Virus record (IMG/VR): IMGVR_UViG_3300036830_000184
Location: 7,877-71,876 of that record
From: a virus
Length of the DNA: 64,000 nucleotides
Strand: one strand, 5' to 3'
A model generated the notes under the pieces. The model did not search any database. It saw only the letters and a program-made list of their open reading frames with translations, and had not been told where the DNA came from. Of this stretch, positions 8,622-18,343 are shown in pieces. The translations under genes and the position numbers were made by a program. Position 1 is the first letter of the stretch, and each line of letters begins with the position of its first letter.

Positions 8622-9097
8622 CACGGCAGGTCTGGATGATAGCCGCCCGCTTGGCCTTCGAGGTTTCTCAGCAAATCGCCCCATGTCGCCAACACCTTTT
8701 GGGTGCCATCGCCGGAATAGAAGGTCACCGCCGGCTCGGCGTGGCGGCGACGGACCCAGTCCAAACCTTCCTCAACCGTCAACCAAATGATCTCCGCCGC
8801 TAACTCCGCCACTCCGCGGCGCGGCGGCAGAGTTCCGAGGATCGCATTTGGATCGTTGTTGTCCCGCCCGGTCACGATCCCGTCGCTGAAGAACGGCTGG
8901 CGGTCCGGCTCACTCTTCAGCCGGAAGGCGCGGTCGGCTTTGCGCAGCATCCCGTCGTCGCTGAGATAGAGCGCATCGCCATCGGGATAGATCTTCCCGA
9001 GCGTCATGCTGCCGCCGAGCTTCTTGCCCATGTCGGAATATTCATAGGTCCATGGGGTGATGGTGCGACGCATCGCGTCGATGAAGAAACCCTTCAT
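8621..9097 (-). CDS. Hypothetical protein
   Basis: 158 aa ORF with normal composition, coupled within the leftward operon. Confidence 0.6.
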   Translation of the reverse strand: MKGFFIDAMRRTITPWTYEYSDMGKKLGGSMTLGKIYPDGDALYLSDDGMLRKADRAFRLKSEPDRQPFFSDGIVTGRDNNDPNAILGTLPPRRGVAELAAEIIWLTVEEGLDWVRRRHAEPAVTFYSGDGTQKVLATWGDLLRNLEGQAGGYHPDLP

Positions 9098-9224
9098 GTC
9101 AGCGCTCGGGGACGGCCCGAAGAACCGCCCCCTTGTCGCTGTTCATGCGATGCGGCGCCGATGGCACCCTGCCATGCAGCGCCTAACCACGCCATCAATA
9201 CCCTATCGCTCATGGGACCAAACC

Positions 9225-9578
9225 TCAAAATGGAATATGATTATCCAGATCCAACGCCCGCCTGGGATTGGCCGCCGCATGGTTGGGGCTGTAGATCATC
9301 GCCCACCGCCGCTGCCCCACCCGGAACTTGACTTCGCTCTCTGTGGCAAACCGACCGTAGTGATGCAGGGTCGTCAACTTCTCCAAGATCCACGGATTGG
9401 CCGAGGGACCGTCCCAGTCGCCGTCGATCATCGCCGACCATTGACCTTCAGCAAATCGGATCTCGCCGCCGACATAAGGTCCGCCCTTGACCAGCCGCAG
9501 CACATAAAATCCTGGCACGGGCTCATCGCTTCGCCTTGTTGCAAAAGGCTTGGGAAAATGCGAAATCAACGTGTTCAT
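9225..9578 (-). CDS. Hypothetical protein
   Basis: Likely start MNTLISH after GAGGGG. EPVPGFYVLRLVKGGPYVGGEI motif. Confidence 0.6.
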   Translation of the reverse strand: MNTLISHFPKPFATRRSDEPVPGFYVLRLVKGGPYVGGEIRFAEGQWSAMIDGDWDGPSANPWILEKLTTLHHYGRFATESEVKFRVGQRRWAMIYSPNHAAANPRRALDLDNHIPF

Positions 9579-9643
9579 TTTGTTTTCCCCTCTCCGAAAT
9601 TCATATAGGTCAGTCGTCACGTCAACAGGGAAAACACGGTTTA

Positions 9644-9907
9644 ATGGCCACTGGAATTGAAAAGGCCGTGGCAATCGCGGGGTCTCAATCGGCGCTCGCC
9701 CGGCTTCTGCTGGTCGCCCAAGCGCGTGTCAGCGATTGGGTCACCCTAGGATATGTCCCGGCCTCACGTGGACGTGCCGAGATGGTCGCGCAGGCCACCG
9801 GCGTTTCTCTCAAAAGTCTCCTGCGCAAAACCAAGAGAAGAAAGCGCCGTCGCTATGTTGGAAGAAAACGGGAGTGCCGAGATGTCGGGATCGAATGTGG
9901 TCTCTGA
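9644..9907 (+). CDS. Cro/YdaS-like HTH regulator
   Basis: IEKAVAIAGSQSALARLLLVAQARVSDW..VP..AEMVAQATGVS. Confidence 0.8.
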   Translation: MATGIEKAVAIAGSQSALARLLLVAQARVSDWVTLGYVPASRGRAEMVAQATGVSLKSLLRKTKRRKRRRYVGRKRECRDVGIECGL

Positions 9908-10508
9908 AATTATTGCTGAAGCCTTAGTGGCTTACACCGCTGACAAGGGCGCGCACGATCGCACCGGGATGCAGATCGCGCGGAACCAAGCCAAGTATGG
10001 CCGGCTTGGTGTGTCGGCCGAGATGATCCGCCTGCTGCACAAAGAGAGTCGGCTGACCGAGGAAGAGCGGCAACAGAAGTATGCCAACGAACTGCGTTAC
10101 CGCAAAGCGGTCTCGCTCTGGGATGCCGAGTCCGAGGATGACTTTGCGATGGCGATGGAGGCGGCCTCGCAGACCCAGGCGGCCCACGGGCACGTGACCG
10201 ACTTGCTGGCAGCGGCCCGCTCCTACAATGACGGGTTTAACTCCGCGGCCCATGGCCGGGCGGACGAAGCGGCCAACCCCCATACCGCCGGCACGTTGCA
10301 GCACGCGCAGTGGGCCAAGGGCTGCAAGGATGGGATCAAGCACCTGAAGGAATTCGGTGAGGAACCGACCGCCGAGGGCGAGAAGCGGGGTCGCGGTCGC
10401 CCGCGCAAGGTTGTCGTGACCGAGCCCACACCCGAGCAAGAGGAAGAGGCTCAAGCTGGGGCCGAACCGGCCGGCGGAGGATTTGGCTTCCCGAGCATCC
10501 CGCACTGA
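9855..10508 (+). CDS. Hypothetical protein with RMF-like motif and AT-hook
   Basis: YNDGFNSAAHG..NPHTAGTLQHAQWAKGCKDG and KRGRGRPRK. Start uncertain (track ORF from 9753). Confidence 0.6.
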   Translation: MLEENGSAEMSGSNVVSEIIAEALVAYTADKGAHDRTGMQIARNQAKYGRLGVSAEMIRLLHKESRLTEEERQQKYANELRYRKAVSLWDAESEDDFAMAMEAASQTQAAHGHVTDLLAAARSYNDGFNSAAHGRADEAANPHTAGTLQHAQWAKGCKDGIKHLKEFGEEPTAEGEKRGRGRPRKVVVTEPTPEQEEEAQAGAEPAGGGFGFPSIPH

Positions 10509-11038
10509 TGGCGTGGATTGCGGGCGAGGTGATCCGGATTGAAATCCCCGGATCACCCAAGGCGGTCCCGCGACAGCGGCATAGGATCGTCACGCCCAAA
10601 AATAAGCCCGCGTTCGTCCACAACTATCAGGTCTCGGACTCACGGAACGAGGCTGCCGTGATCAGAGACTTTGCGCAGCAGGCGATGAACAAGCAGCCGC
10701 CGATCGAGGGGCCGGTGGAACTGCGCTTTGTCTGCTACATGCCGGTGCCACCGGGGTGGTCGATGAAGAAGCAGCGGGCTGCGCTCGCGGATCAGATCCG
10801 GCCGCACGGGCGCCCTGACGTGGACAACCTGTTGCGCCGGGTGGACTCATTCAAAAAGGTGATTTGGCGGGATGACTCGCAGATCACGGATGCTGCGGTG
10901 TGGAAGCGCTACAGCGACCGGCCGCGGGTGGTGGTCGAAATCAGGCCGCTGGTATTTCAGCAGGCGCAACCGGCGGCAAAGTCCAGGGTCGCCAATAGAG
11001 GTAACGCTCATCCCCCATCCACGGCTCTAGCTTCCTAG
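10508..11038 (+). CDS. rusA: RusA-family Holliday junction resolvase
   Basis: IPGSPKAVPRQR..IEGPVEL..RPDVDNL..VIWRDDSQI..KRYSDRPRVVVEI. Confidence 0.88.
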   Translation: MAWIAGEVIRIEIPGSPKAVPRQRHRIVTPKNKPAFVHNYQVSDSRNEAAVIRDFAQQAMNKQPPIEGPVELRFVCYMPVPPGWSMKKQRAALADQIRPHGRPDVDNLLRRVDSFKKVIWRDDSQITDAAVWKRYSDRPRVVVEIRPLVFQQAQPAAKSRVANRGNAHPPSTALAS

Positions 11039-11402
11039 GGTCCAGCACGATCGAGACCAACCACTCGTCGGCCATCACCTGGACGCGGTCATAGTGATAG
11101 GGCGACGGGGCGGTTGGATTGGCTTCCTCCATTGGATACCACGGGAGCCATCCGTCTGGTGCGGCGGTGATGTCGTTGGCGATCCACCAAGCGCCGCACC
11201 GTTGAGCCAGACGGACGAAGATCATCGTCATAACGACAGGCACCGACGCGCAATCTCGGCGTTGATCCGGGCCAGCTTGATCCGCAAGGCGGCTTGCTGG
11301 TCGGGCAGGAGAAAGTCGAGATCAAGGTCGATGGTGATCCACTTTCGCCGATCGCGCAGCACCAGCATGATAATCGCCATATCTTCGGTCATGTGGGCAT
11401 CG

Positions 11403-11717
11403 TCACACCGGCCAGCCGTTGCGATCGGTCGGCGGCTTGTAGGGCGGAGCGGTCGCGCGCTCGGCGCGGGCCAGGGCAATCTCACGATCCAACTCAGCGC
11501 GGGCGCGGGCTCGGGCGCGGTCCCATGCGTCCGCCGCCATGGCTGGTCCTACGGTCCGGGCGCGCTCGGCTTTGGCCATGCGGGGAAATGAAATCTTCTG
11601 TTGGGTGGCGTGGTAATCGAGGATGTGCAGCTTCACGCCCAGTCGGTCGGCGGTCGCCTTGCGCGAGAAGCCACGGTTGGCGAAGTCCCGCATCCGCTCA
11701 ACATCCTCGGGTGTCAT
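11403..11717 (-). CDS. Small HTH-like protein
   Basis: GFSRKATADRLGVK helix-turn-helix pattern, coupled to the GcrA-like gene. Confidence 0.5.
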   Translation of the reverse strand: MTPEDVERMRDFANRGFSRKATADRLGVKLHILDYHATQQKISFPRMAKAERARTVGPAMAADAWDRARARARAELDREIALARAERATAPPYKPPTDRNGWPV

Positions 11718-12376
11718 GCGGCCACTCGCCGACCGGCCTTCATGTGTTCCTCGCAGTAGGGCTCGCCGGGCTGGGTGGCGTGGTCACAATAATGGAAACT
11801 CGGGGTGCGCGGGGTGCCGCATGGCCAACAGCATTCCGTCACGCGGCCTCGGTGGGTGGGGATCGGTGTCGATTTGGGGGGCGCTGGCGCGACGATCTTG
11901 GGTTTGGGCGCGCGTTTGATCACGACGCGAGGCAATGGCGGAAGGGGCGCCTCGGGTTTGACCGCCTTCGGGCGTGGTGTCACGGCGCGGACGCGTTTGG
12001 GGGCACCTTCAGGGTCGGGGTAAAGCGGACTAGGGCGGCGATCAAGGTCCAGGCGCGATGCCTTGCCGACGATGGCATTCTTTGAAAGATGGAGTTCCCG
12101 GCCGATCGCGGCCGTGGATTTGCCGGCGGCCCAACCGCTGCGCAGGATCGCGATCGTCTCCTCGTTCCAGGGGCTCGCTGGTTTCCTACGGCCAAGGCGC
12201 GGAAGGCCATAGCGGTGGCGGATGCGGTAGATGACCCGTTGGTCGCAGTCTAGGGCGATGCAGATCTGATCAACCGTTTTGCCCTCGGCAATAAGGGCCA
12301 GCATGTCGTCATCCGAGAAGCCGCGTTTCGCCGCGCAGATCGCCCGCAGTTTTGCTATCCCAGTTTCGGTATTCAT
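11714..12376 (-). CDS. gcrA: GcrA-like cell-cycle regulator with extra N-terminal HTH
   Basis: WNEETIAILRSGWAAGKSTAAIGRELHLSKNAIVGKASRLDL..RPSP and C-terminal CCWPCG..FHYC..GEPYCEEH. Confidence 0.85.
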   Translation of the reverse strand: MNTETGIAKLRAICAAKRGFSDDDMLALIAEGKTVDQICIALDCDQRVIYRIRHRYGLPRLGRRKPASPWNEETIAILRSGWAAGKSTAAIGRELHLSKNAIVGKASRLDLDRRPSPLYPDPEGAPKRVRAVTPRPKAVKPEAPLPPLPRVVIKRAPKPKIVAPAPPKSTPIPTHRGRVTECCWPCGTPRTPSFHYCDHATQPGEPYCEEHMKAGRRVAA

Positions 12377-13043
12377 CGGTCTCTCCCTCTGCGCCCTCGG
12401 GGATTAAAGACAGGTTGTGGGGCGCGAATTTCGTGATCAGGCCACGGAGGGTGCGTAGCGCGGCGATGATCTGTTGCGGTGTGGGGTGGGCCTGGGTGCC
12501 GTCATTGTAGGAGCCGTAACAGGATCGGATGGCCCGGCGCACCGTCTCCGGGTCGGACCATTCGGCGGCGCGGTCGCTAGAGTCGGAGGCCCAACCGAGG
12601 CGCACCGCCATTTCAGCGGCGCGAATGTCCGTCTTGAGCAAGTGGGCAAAGGCCGCGGGGTGATAGCGCCGAACCAGCGTCAAGGTGGCCGCGGCCCCTC
12701 GATCGGTGGGCTCAACGCGCAGCCAGCGGGCGATCCAGTTGCGGCCGTCGATATCCACCGGCGCGGTGGCGGCGGCCTCGGGCAGTGCATCGGACTCGGG
12801 GAGGTGCTGTTGACGCCAGCGGTTGAGGCGTTGGCGGATGTCGGCTTCCCGGAACCACTCCAGGTCGATCAGAACGTAGTTCGCGCTCTCTTCGTTGAAG
12901 GCGGCGAGCGGATAGGATTGGGAGAGGCTTGGCGCCATGATCTGCGTCTTGGCGTCGGCCTCGTCGGCGGAGTCATTGTTCGGCAGCCGGGACATGATCC
13001 ATAGCAGCCAGGTCCGAACCTCTTTGGGGGTTGCGCGTCTCAC
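12309..13043 (-). CDS. Hypothetical protein (replication module)
   Basis: 244 aa ORF directly downstream of the replication-like gene. Confidence 0.55.
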   Translation of the reverse strand: MRRATPKEVRTWLLWIMSRLPNNDSADEADAKTQIMAPSLSQSYPLAAFNEESANYVLIDLEWFREADIRQRLNRWRQQHLPESDALPEAAATAPVDIDGRNWIARWLRVEPTDRGAAATLTLVRRYHPAAFAHLLKTDIRAAEMAVRLGWASDSSDRAAEWSDPETVRRAIRSCYGSYNDGTQAHPTPQQIIAALRTLRGLITKFAPHNLSLIPEGAEGETDEYRNWDSKTAGDLRGETRLLG

Positions 13044-13058
13044 GTTGGCCGGTCCAGA

Positions 13059-13568
13059 TCAGTCGTCACCACCACCGACATAACCGAGGAGCGGTAAGCC
13101 TGGGTCCCGTGAAGCCACCACGCCGTCCAAGATGATCGGTCCCCGGCCGGCTTCTTCGGCTTCGCGCATGAGGAGTTCGAGCGCACCATTTCTAAATGTC
13201 TCCCGTGGTTTCTGGCGGTCGGCATAAGTGCCTTCCAGCAGGCGCACGAAAGATTTGGGTTGAAGCAGAAAATCGAAATCCGCCCGCCATCCCCGTGCGC
13301 CGCAGCAGAATGACGAATTACCCACAGCCGCGACGGCTTCCAAGACGCCATCCAGGCCCACTTCGCGGATACGGGTGGCCAAGTGGGCGCTCCTGGCGAT
13401 GGTCATCATCCGGATGCTCGGAAGACCGGCCTGTTTGGCCATGGTGTTCCAGGCGTCGGCGATTTGCCGCTCGACGGCATTCATCCGAATGTGATTAAAT
13501 AATTTTGTGACACGGTTCATTTCTCCAAGTACGTCAATATTTGGAGAAACACACTTGTCATCAGCCAT
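13059..13568 (-). CDS. Phage replication-initiator-like C-terminal domain protein
   Basis: AWN..LPSIRMMTIARSAHLATRIRE..SSFCCG..GWRADFDFLLQPKSFVRLLEGTY. Confidence 0.65.
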   Translation of the reverse strand: MADDKCVSPNIDVLGEMNRVTKLFNHIRMNAVERQIADAWNTMAKQAGLPSIRMMTIARSAHLATRIREVGLDGVLEAVAAVGNSSFCCGARGWRADFDFLLQPKSFVRLLEGTYADRQKPRETFRNGALELLMREAEEAGRGPIILDGVVASRDPGLPLLGYVGGGDD

Positions 13569-13708
13569 TTAGGCGGGATATGCACGCCTAAGCGGACGCT
13601 AAATGCGGTCTCCTGGGTCGCGGTTAGTAAGCCCGTGAACAGCCAACAACTTGTTACCGAGGAGATGGCCTTGCACGCCCCTCCTCGGTCCTCTTCTTTA
13701 CAGCGAGG

Positions 13709-13981
13709 TTACTCCCCACCCAAGAGGCTAATCGTCAGCCGTGGGATCGGGAGATCGAATGCCTGGAAGTAGGCCAAGGTCATCGGGTCATAGAAGGCCG
13801 CACGCTCACGCAGCTTCTTCTCACCGCCTTGGGTCTCGATCATCACCGCGGTATCACGGCGTCCGAGTCGGGCTTTGTAGACGATGACCGAAATGTCCCG
13901 GACCCGCTCTTGATCGATCGGGGGGAACAGGTCGGCCGCCTTCGTTCCCCTGACAGGGCCTCGCGATTTTGCTTTTGCCAT
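13709..13981 (-). CDS. Hypothetical protein
   Basis: 90 aa ORF starting next to an AT-rich divergent region. Confidence 0.5.
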   Translation of the reverse strand: MAKAKSRGPVRGTKAADLFPPIDQERVRDISVIVYKARLGRRDTAVMIETQGGEKKLRERAAFYDPMTLAYFQAFDLPIPRLTISLLGGE

Positions 13982-14145
13982 AAGCAGGACTCGTAAATCC
14001 AGGGACCGAAACCGTCAATGGAAAATCCGATACTTTTATTGTGATTTGTTGGCCTCGTTGGCGGCGTTGATGATTGCCAAAGGCTCACTCTTGGGTCGCG
14101 ACGCGCGGTAACGCTGGGCCAGTCAGGCAGGCGGGGGCACTCATT

Positions 14146-14358
14146 ATGGCTGATCTATTTGCCGGCGAGCCGGTGCCGCTTGGTGAGCAAATCCGCGAAA
14201 TCGAACGTGAGCTTGAGACCCGCCGGGCGGTCTATCCGCGTTGGGTCCAGGCCGGGCGGCTATCCTTTGATGTGGCCAAACGGCGGGTGCTGATCATGGA
14301 GGCGGTTCTGGCCGAGTTGAAGGGCAGGCAGGGCGGGGCGGATCACGGGGCGGTTTGA
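14146..14358 (+). CDS. Small phage hypothetical protein embedded in array A3
   Basis: EQIREIERELETRRAVYPRWVQAGRL..RRVLIMEAVLAEL; ATG at 14146. Confidence 0.7.
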   Translation: MADLFAGEPVPLGEQIREIERELETRRAVYPRWVQAGRLSFDVAKRRVLIMEAVLAELKGRQGGADHGAV

Positions 14359-15705
14359 TCCCGGCACGGCTGCGCAGGCAGTCCAACATCCAGGCGGGAA
14401 TACCCGCCGTCACGGCTGGTTTGAGGTGGATGGCGACCCGCGGCAACGCAAGGCCAGGGGTGGCGCTGCCGGTGTGGTCTATCTGTTAGTGGCTAGGCGC
14501 GATGGGCATGGCAGGTCACGCAGGGCAGGTGTGTTCCGGATTGGTCTTCGCTTTGCAACGCCAGGCTGATCGGGGCAACGCAGGCTGCCCGAGGCGAGGT
14601 TGAGCGAGGCACCGAGCGCCAGGCAGGTAAGGTGGGCGAGGCACCGCGCTGCGCATCGAGGTAAATCCTTGCGTGGCAGGCTATTCGAGGCACGTGCGGC
14701 TACGCCATCCGAGGCGTCGCTAGGTTAAGCGAGGCGGGTTTGGTTGGTGGGGCGGGGCTTCTCTGGGTTCGCTCGGCGGGTGCGGCGAGGATATCAGGGC
14801 TGCGTTGGGTTCGCTTGGCGGGTTTGGTGAGGATGACGGGGCTGCGTTGGCGGGGTAGCGATGGCCGGCATTGCTCGGAAAGTCATCGCACCGCTTATCT
14901 GGGCGTCGCAGGCTGGGTCGCTTTAGGCGCGAAGAGCTAGGGACGGCTAGGCACGGCAGGCGTGGATAGGCGTGATTGGCTTGGCAACGGAGGCAAGGCA
15001 GGCGTGGAACGGTTGGCTCTTCGTGGTTCCGGACGTGAGGTGTTTCATTTCGCGGTGAGGCAGGCTGATCGGACCGGGGCATCGTAGGCGTGGCGGGTGA
15101 CGTTGACCGTCGCGAGTTTGGGCGACGCATGGTGAGGCCGGGCAGGTCGGGTGTCGCGACCTTGCGATGGAAAGGACTGGTTTGGCAGGTCCGGCAACGT
15201 TGGCAACGCCTCGTAGGCTAGGCAGGTTCGGTTGGTGGCGTGGGCAACGCAGCGACCGTAGGTTATGGCGGGCGAGGCAGGGTGTCGCTTCTCCTGTCCA
15301 GGCCGGAAAGGCAGGCTAGGCATGGCCGAATTTGGCCGGGCTTCACTGGGTTTGGCTGGGCCGGCAACGTTGGCGTCTCAACGCTGGGTCAGGCATGGCT
15401 CGCAGGCTAATCGGCACTTCGGTGCCCAATACCCACGAGGGATCAACCCTCGGTCACGGCAGGCACGGCCACGCGACTCCGCTTCTGGCCAGTCAAGGTG
15501 AGGCAGGCGTGGTTTGGATGGCAGCGCCACGCTCCGCAAGGAACGGCAGGCAGGGCATCGCAACGCGCTTCGGGGTAAGGATCTGGCCAGGCAGGCAATC
15601 GGCACTTCGGTGCCCAACACCCATGAGGGGATCAACCCTCAGTCACGGCAGGCAAGGCGTGGCAGGGGCGGCGACGCGTTTCGCGGCCTGAACTGGCCCG
15701 GCTAG
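14323..15705 (+). repeat. Pentamer (GGY-NN) array A3, the largest (~1.4 kb)
   Basis: More than 20 GGCAGG/GGCGGG/CGCAGG anchors at ~40-60 nt spacing with 5-nt-phased units, e.g. GGCTA GGCAC GGCA GGCGT GGATA GGCGT. No credible CDS. One more unit lies upstream at 14082-14134. Confidence 0.85.
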
Positions 15706-15714
15706 GGGCTGACA

Positions 15715-15748
15715 GGGGAGAGTCCGGGGTCCAACTCGGACCCTCCCC
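15715..15748. terminator. Hairpin between array A3 and the convergent GH5 gene
   Basis: GGGGAGAGTCCGGG-GTCCAA-CTCGGACCCTCCCC inverted repeat. Confidence 0.6.
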
Positions 15749-15802
15749 ATCCCGCCTATAATTTTGTGCGGCCTTCACCGCAGTTAACGATTGCGGCTCG
15801 GC

Positions 15803-18043
15803 TCACGGCAACAATGCGGTGTCGGCTCTGACCTTCGCCAAGGCCGTCACGGCGCCCGTCAGCACGCCATTGATAGCATCGATCTCGGCCTGAACCGAAG
15901 CCACGGTCACGCCGGTCGGGGGTGGCGGAGGCGGCGGAGGTGGCGTGACGCCGATCGGGTTGGCCGCAGCGGTGGCCGAGATCAGCCCGGCAATCAGTTG
16001 GCCGTAGGGTGTGATCTGGCCGGCATCGGTGACCATCTGGTCGCCTTGCTCGTCCGGATTGAAGGCCCACGCGCAATAGGACATGCCGGAGGCGCCCACC
16101 ACCTGGCAAACTTGCGTCCCGTTGGCATCGACCGCACCGCCGGTTGTGGAGTTGCCGAACTCGCCGATCACCACGGGCACCAGACCATCCAGCGAGGTGA
16201 TCGATTGCGCGCCGGCCACACCGGAGGCACCGCCGACCGAGCCTTGCAGGCCAGCCTTGATCGTCGGGATATCGGTGGAGAAGTTGGTTACCCACCCATA
16301 GTAGTGAAGGTCCCAACAAATGTTATACATGGTTGCATAGAGCGCGGGCGTCATCGGCCCTTTGCCGTCGTAACCCGTCGCCTGGCTGCCCACGAGGCCC
16401 GGATTGCCGCCGGAGGGTTCCTCCATGAACACCAGCGCAAAGCTGCCGGCGCCCCGGATGGCGTCATAGATCGCCTTTTCCTGCGTCGCGATGCCGGCCA
16501 GATTGTTGCCGTTGCCGGGCTCGTTGAAGGTGCCGAAGGCCACGTAGGGGTTGGCCTTGTAGGCCGCCGCCATGGCCGCATACCACTTGACCTCGGCGGC
16601 AAGCTGGCTCCCGGTGAGCGGCGGCGCGCTGATCCCGGTGTGATCCTCGAAGATCATCAGGGTCTGTTGCGCGGTCGCCCATTGGATGAAGGCGGCGTAG
16701 GTCGACGGGTCAGAATAGGCCCGATTGGCAATCCGCAGGATGCGTGTGCCGGGGAACATCGTGCCGGTCTTGGCGCTGACCGTGTCCATCTGGTCTTGGT
16801 TGAGGTTGAAGCCGCCGGCCGCGAGGACCGACCCATCCGGGCGCAGGATCTTGGCACCGGAGACCTTGAAGAAGCCGGCTGGCGTCGGGTTGGTGCCGGG
16901 TGGGGGCGGGGGCGGCGTCACGCCACCGGGGAGTGGGCTCGTCGTGGTGGCACCGGACCAGCTTGACCCGAGCCACGAATACCAACTCCCGGCCGTGTTC
17001 TGTTGCCAGATGACGCCCTTCTCCAGGGCCATGAGGGTGACGTTTTTGGTCGTCGTGTCGTTGACGTTGTTGCGCGCGATGGTGCCGGCCGGGGTGATCG
17101 TCCAGACATTGCCGGTGGCGTCGGTGATCGAGCCGGTGCCGGGGGTGATGCGGGTGTCGTCGGGCGAGGGTGTGATGGTCACGGGTGGGGTGACTCCTGT
17201 TCCAGATGCGGTCTGCGCCGCCGCCCAATCCCAGATCGGCTTGCCGGCGGGGAGCGGGCAGTAACTGTCCCAGACATCATGGCCCTTGTTCGGATCGAAC
17301 AGTAGCCGGAAGGCGGAGGTGCCCGCCTGCGCACCGGCTGGCCCGCTGACCGTGGGGGCGCCGTTGGCGAAGTGCGCCCACACGGCCAGGTCCCAATTCG
17401 GCGGACTGGTGGTGTCACCGGCGCCATGCACGGCAAAGATCGGCACGCCGGTGATGGTCTCGAACTGCGCCGCGGTCGGCCCCACGCCGTAGCCGTTGCG
17501 CTCGATCACGCCGGCCATGGGAATGAAGGCGCAGAAGGTCCGGCTGCGGGTGCCGTTTTTGGTGTTGTGATCCAGCGCCTGCGCCCATGAGCCGATGCCG
17601 CCGAGCGAGGCCCCGCCGACCACGAGGGCATCCGGGTCGGCCCCGAGATTGGTCACGGCATACTGCGCACAGAGCGCGACCGAGTCCTCGTTGGCGTCGT
17701 CGTTGGGCGGGGTCCAGCCGCCGAAGTTCTGCTCCACGTCGCTGCCGGTGGTCTGATCGCAGGCCGGAACCAAGATCAACCAGGGGTAGGCGCCCATGAA
17801 GGCGGAGTTGTTGAACCACGCATCGGCCTGGCAGGCTTGGGGTAGCGCGTCATCACCATTATACGCCCGGTTGCCTTCTTCGTCCTCATGCTCCCAGACG
17901 AGGCAGCGATACTTGCCACCTGCAACCCATCCCGGAGGAGCCAGCACGTAGAAGATCATCTTCTGCCCGGACGGCAGGGTGGGACCCGTCGGGAGTTGGA
18001 AGCGGGTCCACTTGCCCGGAACGAGTGAGGTGGGATTGGTCAT
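15803..18043 (-). CDS. Alpha/beta-hydrolase (esterase) plus GH5 glycoside hydrolase fusion
   Basis: N-domain GASLGG nucleophile elbow, HGAGD and GHDVW (Ser-Asp-His triad). Pro/Thr linkers. C-domain FNEP, DLHYY, VVIGEFG and CAWAF, matching GH5 motifs. Confidence 0.82.
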   Translation of the reverse strand: MTNPTSLVPGKWTRFQLPTGPTLPSGQKMIFYVLAPPGWVAGGKYRCLVWEHEDEEGNRAYNGDDALPQACQADAWFNNSAFMGAYPWLILVPACDQTTGSDVEQNFGGWTPPNDDANEDSVALCAQYAVTNLGADPDALVVGGASLGGIGSWAQALDHNTKNGTRSRTFCAFIPMAGVIERNGYGVGPTAAQFETITGVPIFAVHGAGDTTSPPNWDLAVWAHFANGAPTVSGPAGAQAGTSAFRLLFDPNKGHDVWDSYCPLPAGKPIWDWAAAQTASGTGVTPPVTITPSPDDTRITPGTGSITDATGNVWTITPAGTIARNNVNDTTTKNVTLMALEKGVIWQQNTAGSWYSWLGSSWSGATTTSPLPGGVTPPPPPPGTNPTPAGFFKVSGAKILRPDGSVLAAGGFNLNQDQMDTVSAKTGTMFPGTRILRIANRAYSDPSTYAAFIQWATAQQTLMIFEDHTGISAPPLTGSQLAAEVKWYAAMAAAYKANPYVAFGTFNEPGNGNNLAGIATQEKAIYDAIRGAGSFALVFMEEPSGGNPGLVGSQATGYDGKGPMTPALYATMYNICWDLHYYGWVTNFSTDIPTIKAGLQGSVGGASGVAGAQSITSLDGLVPVVIGEFGNSTTGGAVDANGTQVCQVVGASGMSYCAWAFNPDEQGDQMVTDAGQITPYGQLIAGLISATAAANPIGVTPPPPPPPPPTGVTVASVQAEIDAINGVLTGAVTALAKVRADTALLP

Positions 18044-18343
18044 AAAGCGCACGCTCCCCGAAAAGTGAGGCGCATAGCGCAAAGCCAGGACAACCGCCAG
18101 TGAAAGGGTGGGAAAGTTACGCTACCGCCGCCGAAGAGGCCAAATTCACTCAGGCATGGGAGAGGACTCGGCCTTGCCTTCGGCGGCGACAGGTGCCCAC
18201 CATCAGGAGCGGGGTGATCGGACCGTGAAATCCGATAACCAAGCCATCGTTTCGACTGCACCGAAAGAGGCTTAATGGTTGACGAAAAACGTATAGACCA
18301 TTCTGAAGTCCCGCAAGTCCCCGCGAAGTCACGGGTGGTTTAG

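Noticed and set aside
14323-15705. Canonical CRISPR array
   Set aside because: There are no identical 23-47 nt repeats separated by unique spacers. The conserved element is a 3-nt motif every 5 nt plus a 6-7 nt anchor, and no cas1/cas2 was seen.
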